20,000 nt of DNA, from contig QPGO01000243.1 of the NCBI GenBank assembly GCA_008632985.1, positions 52,430-72,429 on the forward strand, written 5' to 3'. The translations under genes were made by a program, and so were the position numbers. This DNA comes from Psammoneis japonica. Taxonomy: Eukaryota. Below, one piece after another: positions 10,916-19,354 of this stretch. The notes under the pieces were generated by a model. It was not told the origin of the DNA. It worked only from the letters and a program-made list of their open reading frames with translations, and searched no databases. Each line of letters starts with the position of its first letter. Position 1 is the first letter of the stretch.

Positions 10916-12508
10916 ATGGGTCATAGCAGCAGCCGCCGTCGTCTTCGTGATAGTTCGCTGAAGACGAAACACCCCGAAGAGCTTTGGCGGGACGCATTGA
11001 CCAGAGAGTTGGGAAATGGGGCGACAATTCAGATTGTTGGTATTTCTTCCGCAACACACACTGCTTTTGCACGTTCTGTTGCTGACGAGGGATCTGAGGT
11101 ATCACTTTACCAGATTGTTGAGAGTATCGTTGAAGAAAGAGGGTCTTTTATCCGTTCTGGTGGAGGAGCTTACTGTAACAATGAGATCTCAGACTTGACA
11201 GTCGACAGTGCAACTACTCACGGACATTTACCATCGGCAATTGAGCTCTTCGAGCTGGGCTCTGTATGGGTATTGACACAAATCGAAGGAAGGAATTGTC
11301 CTAGACGAGCTTCACTGAGTGATCAGTACGTGGTCCCAGATTGGGGTAGTACTACTATCAGGGTGCACTACAAACCGAAACGTTTTCCGGCTGCCTGCCA
11401 AGTTGAATGGGGCAAGTATTGTTCAGGGGTTAGTTTTTGCACAATCAGCGAATCTGATTATGTACAGTCAGAAAAGCGCAATACCGACATGCCATCCTCA
11501 TTTGGAGCTATTGTTTATGAGGTAAGAAGCCATTTACTTTGCGGTACGGTTTCTCGTACCTTCTCTTCGGAACTCACCATGACGAAATACATTGCCTTTG
11601 ACAAGGATTTTTCCCACGGCTATGTGATTTTGAATAAGCCATGCGGAGTACCGGCGCATGCAAATGTCAGCAATGGCGCTGAGAATGTGGTATCCAAATT
11701 CAAAGTGGCACTTCAATCACGGGACTATAGGTCAAAGAAAGGCGAAGACCTATATGTCGCATTGCCGCAGCGGCTCGACACGGAAACTTCAGGTCTTCTG
11801 GCAGTCGCTTTGAAAAAGGATTTCGCTTCTTACATGGCAAAAATGCTTGAAAAGAAAACTGAAACTCACTTGAAACAAGTTGAGGAATGCGACGGTGCCG
11901 CTGCTAAGGGCCTTGGATGTTTGGAAGCGAAAGCCGCCGCGAACGCTGATTTGAATGTAACGAAGAAATACCGCTGCCTCGTCTGCATCAAAAGTGGGGG
12001 GCGCAGTGATCTGTTGGAAGGACTGAAAGCTTCAGAAACGATCGTGACGCACTATCTAGACCCAGATACTTGTGTACCGAGAAAATTCAGGTCGCAACCA
12101 TCAACAGATGACTCTAGAGGATGGAAGGAGTGTCTGTTACGCTTGACAAAAGTCTCACCGTGGTTAGACCATTCTTTGAAGGACAAAGTACAATGGACAA
12201 CATCATGCGCAGAAAAGAATGACGGCTTTGTTGAACTTGAGGTCGATCTCCTCACTGGACGAACGCATCAGATCCGTGGCCAACTCGCTGCAATGGGGTA
12301 TCCCATCGTTGGCGATTCCTTGTATGGTGGTGGAGAGTGCAAATATGTGGATAGCAAGGGCAGAACATCCGACCGCATGGCATTACAATGCTGTGAACTC
12401 TCATTTCCTGAACCAAAGTGGAAGACAACTTCGAAGGGTGCCATGTCGTTGAAGCCGTCCATGAAGAAATGTGTTTTTCGCCTCGAAAGAGGTTGGTGGT
12501 GCGACTAG
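10916..12508 (+). CDS. RluA/RluD-family RNA pseudouridine synthase
   Basis: Motifs VILNKPCGVP, QRLDTETSGLL (catalytic Asp), KKYRCLV and LLTGRTHQIRGQLAAMGYPIVGDSLYG. Probable in-frame 84-nt intron 11522-11605 (GTAAGA..AAG), giving AIVYE|DFSHGY. The true start is uncertain. Confidence 0.9.
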   Translation: MGHSSSRRRLRDSSLKTKHPEELWRDALTRELGNGATIQIVGISSATHTAFARSVADEGSEVSLYQIVESIVEERGSFIRSGGGAYCNNEISDLTVDSATTHGHLPSAIELFELGSVWVLTQIEGRNCPRRASLSDQYVVPDWGSTTIRVHYKPKRFPAACQVEWGKYCSGVSFCTISESDYVQSEKRNTDMPSSFGAIVYEVRSHLLCGTVSRTFSSELTMTKYIAFDKDFSHGYVILNKPCGVPAHANVSNGAENVVSKFKVALQSRDYRSKKGEDLYVALPQRLDTETSGLLAVALKKDFASYMAKMLEKKTETHLKQVEECDGAAAKGLGCLEAKAAANADLNVTKKYRCLVCIKSGGRSDLLEGLKASETIVTHYLDPDTCVPRKFRSQPSTDDSRGWKECLLRLTKVSPWLDHSLKDKVQWTTSCAEKNDGFVELEVDLLTGRTHQIRGQLAAMGYPIVGDSLYGGGECKYVDSKGRTSDRMALQCCELSFPEPKWKTTSKGAMSLKPSMKKCVFRLERGWWCD

Positions 12509-13017
12509 GTCCGCGCGGCGGCTCTCAACGTGGATTCGGTAAAAACCCGCTCTCTTTCTCGAACGATACGATCGCTGAAACTCTCGAGAGGGTGACGCAT
12601 TCTCAAATCAATCAGCAATCGAATTGATGCATTGACGTGAAGTGCGTTCAGCAACTCCACCAGCTGACTTCTAACGGAACCGATTCAGCTCTCTAGAGAG
12701 TATTGTTAGTACTTCTAGTTATCTAGCTTCAAGCTCGTTCTAGATAGAGTAGGAATAGAGTTTTCTCTGGTAGGATAAAGTTTGCATTTATGTATGGTGG
12801 GTGCATGCTCCCACCAAGCAAGATCGTCACCAACCTGAGATACGACTCAAGACTCGTGACTGAAGGAAGTCGCACCCCGCAACCTATCGTCTCACACACA
12901 AATCGGTTGTCGGTTGTTGTTGAGGTTCTTGCCTTGTTGTAGCTGCGAGATCGACAGCAAAACGAAGCTAAAGCGCTTTTAAGTGATACAGCAGGAGTGC
13001 TATCTGATCTGTCAATA

Positions 13018-13619
13018 ATGACTAATAATTCGTTTCCGTCCCCCGAAGAACTCAGTGGCGTAAGTTCAAACCGGGATCCTGAGTAGCCATTTCTGGCTCA
13101 AATTGAAAATGAACACATCAGTCGTCGTGGGGCAATGCATCACTCAATTATTCAACAACTGTGTTTCTTCTTTTTGCTTGAAAGACCGTTCAAGGGACTC
13201 TCATTTACCTTGGGCTATACTTTTTCATCTTTATCCCATTTCAATCTTTTTCCAAGTTCTACCTAATCAATAAGAAACGAAAGGAGGCACGTGCAAAGGA
13301 AGGAAGCGAAAGGATCTCGTTCCGAGCTGTCAAGTATTACAATAGCAAGATGTAATTGCGCTGGTTGGTGACCGTACGGTGGGAAACTATATTGAGTTTG
13401 CAATTCTTTTCCTTCCGCTTTTGTGGATGCATGCGCTTTTTGTGGATCCATCGCAGTCACTGCTTATTTGTGTCGTTTATACCACGTCAAGGCTTTTTAT
13501 CCAATCCTGTTTCTCTACGGCGGGTACAGCACTTCTCTTTTGTTGAGCACTGCTCCAGGATACTTGACATATTTCTATCTGATGGTTCAGATACCTTCAA
13601 ATTCGCAATAGCTGGCTAA
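13018..13619 (+). CDS. MAPEG-family membrane protein (microsomal glutathione S-transferase-like), 2 exons
   Basis: Exon 1 13018-13059 (MTNNSFPSPEELSG), intron GTAAGT..AAG 13060-13184. Exon 2 reads TVQGTLIYLGLYFFIFIPFQ...GDRTVGNYIEFAILFLPLLWMHALF...VYTTSRxFYPILF...STAPGYLTYFYL after three 1-nt corrections (about 13348, 13491, 13593). It has four hydrophobic helices and the MAPEG R-x3-N-x2-E and R-x2-Y motifs. Confidence 0.75.
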
Positions 13620-13679
13620 CCTAGAGTCCACACCACAGCTGGACAAAACCAACCAGACGTGCCCGAATTGCATCATGAC

Positions 13680-15220
13680 TCATTTCGTTGCTTCTGCGCA
13701 AACGGCTTCTGCGGTTGAGAGAGCATAGTCAAGATCGGCAATTAAGTCTTCTTCTTGCTCCACGCCGACACTTATTCGAAGGAGACCCGGTGGACTAACT
13801 TGACGCGATGGAGGTTCAATGGATTGTCGGTGCTCAATGAGCGTTTCCGTCCCACCCAAGCTTGTTGCTCTCTTCATGACACCCACGGCTCCCGCAACTG
13901 CCATGGCCATGATTTCATTCTCCACCTCGATGCTCAGTACACCGCCATAACCCAAATTCATTTGTCTCGTGGCAATGTCATGTTGCGGGTGGCTTTCGAG
14001 TCCCGGGTAGTGGACAGCCGTAACAAGCAGGTGCTTGCTCAGATGTCGTGCCAGCGCCAATGCCGTCTGACACTGCCGTTCCAACCTAACATGTAACGTA
14101 CGTAATCCCCGCAATGTCACCACGAGTCAAACGACGAGCCTACAGCACCCATGCTGATTTGAAGTTGACGCAACACCGGCGCAAGACTTTTTCCACGGTC
14201 TGTCCAAGGAGATGTCGTAACCAATCCCAGCAAAACATCGGAATGCCCTCCCATATACTTTGTTGCGGCATGTACAGCGACATCTGCGCCAAGCTGTTAA
14301 TGTATTCGTAAGACAACGTTGGAGGGAAAAGCCAGCATGTCAAAAAAGGCGCAGGAAAATCTGAGACAAAAAGTTCACCGTGCATTATTTCTGCTCACCA
14401 TTAGTGGTTGCGTGATGCAAGGAGGTGTCATGGTTGCATCAACCACCGTCGTAATTTTCTTCTTGGAAGCAAATGTGCTAGCCACGTCGCAGACGGCGGC
14501 TATATCAATGACTTGACACCGCGGATTGGATGGCGATTCCATCCACAACACGAGGTCCTCCGACTCGTTCGCTTCTGAAATTGCTTTTCTATTGAGGAAT
14601 CAGTAGTGTAGTCAATAGCCTGATATACAATCCCATGACGAGAAAGGACGTCATCCAATACAGTGGGGATACCATGATACACGTCCTTTGGAATAATACC
14701 TTCACCGGAGATGTATGAGCAAGAAACACGGAAGATACCGCAGCCATTCCGGACGAAAACGCACAGTACAAGGTTTTGTCTCACTTTCTCTGCCACCATG
14801 ACACTCTAATTGACCAACGGTTGTTTCCAGTAAAAGACGAGTCGGATTATCCATGCGTGTGTATATCGAATCACCCTCGTGGTAAGGACCGTCGGGAGGC
14901 CGAGTATACGTTGTCGCCAAATGCAGCGGCGGTGCCTGAGGTGCGTTGTGTTCCGCCGTCGAAATGCCAGCGTGAGCCAAAATTGTATTCATACCGGAAG
15001 CTCTCGATGAAAGTTCGGCACTCGCACGTTCGTAAGCTCTCCTTCCAGCCTCTTCGGCAGATAAATTATTATTTGTGCCCCCACTGAGTGACGAGAAAGG
15101 CCTTTGCTGCCGACTACTACTGTGGGTGAACTCTGACTTTTCCGCCGCCAAGGCATTCCCAAGTCGCCTTCGTTGTTGAAGATCGCATGCAGCTTTCAAG
15201 ACTTTTCTATTCGTCGCCAT
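13680..15220 (-). CDS. Cys/Met metabolism PLP-dependent enzyme (cystathionine gamma-synthase/gamma-lyase family), probably mitochondrial
   Basis: Motifs YTRMDNPTR, AFSSGMAA, DVYHG, WMESPSNP, VVDAT, HAATKYMGGHSDVLLG (PLP lysine), LRGLRTLHVR, VHYPGLESHPQH, ATSLGGTETLIEH and LLRISVGVE. Intron 14398-14294 (GTGAGC..CAG). Several 1-nt frameshifts lie between 14120 and 14770. Confidence 0.9.
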
Positions 15221-15532
15221 TTCTATGTTTTCTGTTTTTAATCAACAAGACACAGCCAAGACGAGGACAAGAACCAGATTGATTTACTTTGCAACCCGCA
15301 AGCGCAACTTAAAACTGAAAACTGGCAAGCACCCGAAGCAGAAGATCTCGCAAAGTTTGCGCGTCTTGGTACAAAAAAGACGTTGGTTTCTACAACAGAG
15401 GGAAGATCTTTTCGCGCGAGATCCGTCGAATCGAAACCTGCTCCACTCGCCACTGTTCAGCTTCACATCATGCCAAATCCTTCACTGACATCTAAAATAG
15501 CGAATGGCCTTCTAAAATAATTTATGGTTTAT

Positions 15533-16256
15533 TTAGAGAGCAGCGAGAACATTCGGTGCCCAAGTATTTGAACTCTCCTCGGCGGCGGAAAAGTAATGCG
15601 TCACCTTTCCGTCGTCAGCAATCAAAGAGAAACGCTTCATCCTAACCATAACATCGGATTCGATGACAAGTCCCAGGGCTCTCGATAGTTCAGCATTGGC
15701 ATCTGATAGAAATCGGATTCCAGCATCAGCACCACCAGAGGACTCTCCCCAAGCCTGAGCCACAAAGAAACAAATTGTGAGCATCCACACAGAAAAAAGC
15801 CCCCACTTGGCGGGACCAACAAAAAGTCGCACAACCGTGTCAGCGCTCATACCTGCATAACATACGGGTCATTCGTGGCCAAGCAAATGGTTAGATCCAC
15901 ACCCTTTTCTTTGAGCTCATCTTGCGCCGTCATGAAGGAAGGTAAGTGAGACTTGGAGCATCCCGGGGTGAATGCGCCGGGCACTCCAAAGATGGCGACT
16001 TTCTTCCCCTTGATCAGTTCAACCAGATCCACGTCAATAGGCTTTTCATACCCAGCCTGTCCTTCCTTGAGAGTAACCGAAGGAAGTGCGTCGCCAACCT
16101 TGACTTCCGGCATGATTTCAGTAGCCGCGGATGCAGAGATCTTTGTCGATGACTGAGACGATACAAACGACTTTCGCGACTGAGCAAAAGGGAACCAAGC
16201 ACCGATGATATCAAAGCGAAAAGAGCAACAAGAGACGTAACACGGCTCGATAGCAT
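15533..16256 (-). CDS. PRDX5: Type II (Prx5-like) peroxiredoxin with a probable bipartite plastid presequence, 2 exons
   Basis: Active site FGVPGAFTPGCSKSHLP, then NDPYVMQ|AWG, FLSDANAEL and KRFSLIADDGKV. Intron 15852-15755 (GTATGA..CAG). Signal peptide MLSSRVTSLVALFALISSVLG with a 1-nt frameshift near 16195. Confidence 0.9.
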
Positions 16257-16379
16257 GGTCTTGGTAGTGTTGAGAGAATTTGTCCGTGATGTGTGATGTC
16301 GGACTGCGTTGATTGTGACTCATCCATCGCCATCATCGCTCGCGTTTTCGGTTTTTTCGAAAAACCTTTCCTTCCATCC

Positions 16380-16391
16380 GATGACGTCATC
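16380..16391. promoter_or_regulatory. Palindromic CRE/bZIP element GATGACGTCATC in the peroxiredoxin-parvulin bidirectional promoter
   Basis: A perfect 12-bp palindrome containing TGACGTCA, between divergent ATGs at 16256 and 16623. Confidence 0.45.
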
Positions 16392-16622
16392 AAAAAATCA
16401 AAAATACGTAGAATTGTCGTTAGCCCGTACGGTACGTTGCCCTTGGTACGAATCTACGGGTGTCAGCTGCCTCACAAATTCAACTCGAGAAAGCCAAACG
16501 AGAGGATTCAAGATATTCAACCTGATTTTGGTTCAACCTGCTTCCGACTGCCGACGACCGCATCCGCAAAATCATTGGTTGTTGCGCCTGTTAGAATTCA
16601 TTGCCGATAAAATCGTTTCAAA

Positions 16623-17099
16623 ATGAAGATTGTCTACCTTGTAGCTCTTGTGCTTTACGTTTCGCATCATGCGGTCGCCTTTGCGCCGTCGCGATCGGCA
16701 ACACCAACCTTTGCTCGATCCAATCTCGATACAAAGCGTCACAACTTTTTCGCAAACATTGGATCGATGATTAAAAACTTTGGCAGGGAGGTAACCGCAT
16801 CTCACATTCTAATTGGTCCCAAGACAATGGGAGAAGCGGAAGCCAAGGCGAAGCTTACGGAGCTCAAGGCTGAAATTGGTGACGACCCAGTCAAGTTTGC
16901 CGAAGCGGCCAAGGAATTCAGTACCTGTCCCAGCAGTAAGAAAGGTGGAGACCTCGGTACATTTGGTCCAGGTTTGATGGTGAAACAGTTTGACACAGTG
17001 TGTTGGGAAGAAGAAGTTGGAGTTGTTCATGGACCAATCAGCACGAACTTTGGGGAGCATCTCATTCTCATTACGAATCGCACGGGGGATGACAGATAG
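16623..17099 (+). CDS. ppiC: Parvulin (PpiC-type) peptidyl-prolyl cis-trans isomerase, plastid-targeted
   Basis: Motifs VTASHILI, FAEAAKEFSTCPSSKKGGDLGTFGPGLMVKQFD and GPISTNFGEHLI. Signal peptide followed by AVA-FAP (ASAFAP motif). Confidence 0.93.
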   Translation: MKIVYLVALVLYVSHHAVAFAPSRSATPTFARSNLDTKRHNFFANIGSMIKNFGREVTASHILIGPKTMGEAEAKAKLTELKAEIGDDPVKFAEAAKEFSTCPSSKKGGDLGTFGPGLMVKQFDTVCWEEEVGVVHGPISTNFGEHLILITNRTGDDR

Positions 17100-17899
17100 A
17101 TAGCTTGACCCCGTCGTGGTTTGAAATGGATGTGGTTGGCAATGAATAGAGAAGCGATAGATGATTGACAGCCTATTCTAAAAACGTAATACTGTCGTTT
17201 CTAGCATATCGCACGTTGGTCAGGCTCGAATGATGGTGTATCACTACAAGTTGACGCGACCGTCCCTAAGGCTAAAGTAGGGCCTACTGTAATTTGTAAT
17301 ATGCATTTTAACATCAAATATATACCGTATTTTTGATCAACAAACGCATACGCATAGAGTGATAAGCCTTGAAAAATCTTTCTCTGCAGAAGAGGAGGAT
17401 CGTACCCTTGGCAACTACAATGAAACTTACTGATGTAAGATATGCGAAGCCCAAACGGAGATCAAGCATCAATCACAAGCAGTCACCCCGACAGAATAGA
17501 TCGTGTCATTCTCTCGACGTACAGGACCATGATGATTTATGATTTTGTCTCCCACATACATGACGTCATTGCTTGTAGGCATTTCCCTCTTCGTGGCTCG
17601 ATTTTCCGCAAGAACTTTCTGTCACGTGCGACCGCTGCTGCGAGCCCTTCTTCGCTGAGTTTGCGGTGAGGTTGGTTTTCCTTTCCATCACCGGCAATTC
17701 TTGGAAGGGGCTTGGAAATCTGAAATTCGTGTTTTTTCCTCGACTCGTCGTGCGCAAGTGAACGAAGCGAGCGGCTCGGCATGCGGTAGCTCACTTCGTA
17801 ACCCATAGACGGAACCCGGACGCTGAATTGCTGTGACCCTCCGGAGCCAGAATTTTTTTACCACGACAAAACCACGGCCTCTGACGACCTCCTCTTTTG

Positions 17900-18364
17900 A
17901 TGTCACCGCTGTTCAACAAGAAGGTTACTCTCCCCGACACCACTTGCGCTCTTAACAACAGATGCCAAGAGCCTTGGTTTTTGGTGAGTCATGTCCTTTA
18001 TCGTGCGCTTTCCACGGGCTCAGGAATCATCGGCACCAACCCATTTTTTCCTCTTCAGCTCCCATTGCGGCTCGACCCATCACACCCTGCTCGAAGATGT
18101 GCACCTCAATTACCGTCAAAAGGAGCCCGTCACCACTGGCGCTTTTGATTGACCTCTCCTTCCTCCACCTGTTGCAGTGATGACAGAAGAATCGCCCACG
18201 GCATCGTCTCCCAAAACGCAAGCGAGATCCCCAGAGGAACCACTGCAAAGGTGTGCGGCTCCACCCTTGCATCTGCCGTGTGCCAGCAAAAGAAGGCCAT
18301 GTTGTGGAAGTGGCAATGCAAGCAACAACAACATGAGAGATGTGGTGTGTGGGCACCTTGTTGA
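17900..18364 (+). pseudogene. Decayed intron-containing gene of unknown function
   Basis: ATG 17900 ...EPWFL|GTGAGT (17984)...ttttttcctcttCAG (18058)|LPLRLDP...HWRF*LTSPSS...WAPC*. One in-frame TGA at 18146-18148. The spliced product has no Tyr and many Cys/His. Confidence 0.45.
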
Positions 18365-18449
18365 GAACTCTTGTGTGCCACCGGGACCCACACGCAATTT
18401 TGAGTGCATTGGACTCAATTTTTGCGTCCGTTGTTGGCTATTTTGATGT

Positions 18450-18930
18450 TGCTTCATTGATTTGGCTTGGCAAGGTGGCTGTCATGTTTGTTTGTTGTGT
18501 CAAGAAAAGCATGCTTGAATGTTTTGTTGCTGTGGCAAGCATTGTCATCGTCGCACAAAGTCGTTTTGTGTGTGCAGTGTTGTGGTTCTTGATCAAATGC
18601 CATTGGCCGTGTTGTTCACACCGGTGCTTTGTTGATTTGGCTTCATCCATTGGCTTTCACGGCTTGCATCATTTGTTTGTTGCATTGAGAAGAGCAGCCG
18701 AGTCTTTTGTTGTCATTGCGGGTGTTGTCGTCGTTGTGCAAAGTCGTTTCACACAGTGTTGTGGTTTTTGATCGCATGCCGTTTTGGCTGTGTCGTTTAC
18801 ACTTCGTTGATTTGGCTTCATCCATTGAATTTCATTGCTGGTGTCATTTGTTTATTTTGCACAGAAGAGCGACTGAGTGTTGCACTTCATGGCGGGCATT
18901 GTCGTCATCGTCAAAAAGTCGTTTTGCTGA
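18450..18930. repeat. Diverged tandem repeat, about 175-183 bp unit, about 2.7 copies
   Basis: gttgatttggcttcatccattg occurs at 18631 and 18806. aaagtcgttt occurs at about 18557, 18740 and 18915. Confidence 0.85.
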
Positions 18931-19074
18931 GCTTCTTTGTTGTGGTCGTGCATGCAACCACAAAGGATGACTTCCGTTTTTGTCATTGCCTTTAATGGCT
19001 TTGGTCAGAGGACACATTTGTCCCCTCAGCTTCTGTTGTAAAATCTAAGAAGCAATCCAGGAAGCCATTGGGGA

Positions 19075-19350
19075 ACTCCAGCTGTCGCATCGCATCGAAC
19101 ATCAGCTGTCAAACACTCCAGCTGCCGCATCGCATCGAATGCCATCCATCGCATCAGATCAAATGCTGCTCCTGCCAGCAGCTGACAAATGCTGCTGTCT
19201 GTCACATCGTGCCAAATGCCAGTGCTCTGGCTTTCGAATGCCAGCTGCCCTGTCGCACAGTGTCGAATGCCAGCTGCCCTGTCGTGCAGCATCGAATGCT
19301 GGCTGTTGGCTGTCACATCAAATGCCACCGGTGGCTGTCGAACACTGCCT
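19075..19350. repeat. Degenerate minisatellite built on (CA/TG)TCG and TCGAA(TG/CA)CCAGCTG units
   Basis: Two adjacent 29-bp copies at 19234-19262 and 19263-19291, plus several shorter variants such as ccagctgtcgcatcgcatcgaa. Confidence 0.85.
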
Positions 19351-19354
19351 GCCC

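Noticed and set aside
1937..16200. Programmed frameshifting, RNA insertion editing or mass pseudogenisation
   Set aside because: There is no shared slippery motif, the deletions sit mostly in homopolymers and catalytic motifs are intact. Sequencing error is much simpler.
17537..17806. 89-aa - strand ORF (MGYEVSYRMPSRSLRS...)
   Set aside because: It is charged and protein-like but has no motif or other support. It may be a fragment at the edge of the repeat block.
17799..17830. TAA|CCCATAGAC as a transposon terminal inverted repeat
   Set aside because: No partner terminus or target-site duplication is visible in the window.
19075..19350. CRISPR-like array
   Set aside because: Eukaryotic context, contiguous degenerate units without unique spacers, and no cas genes.
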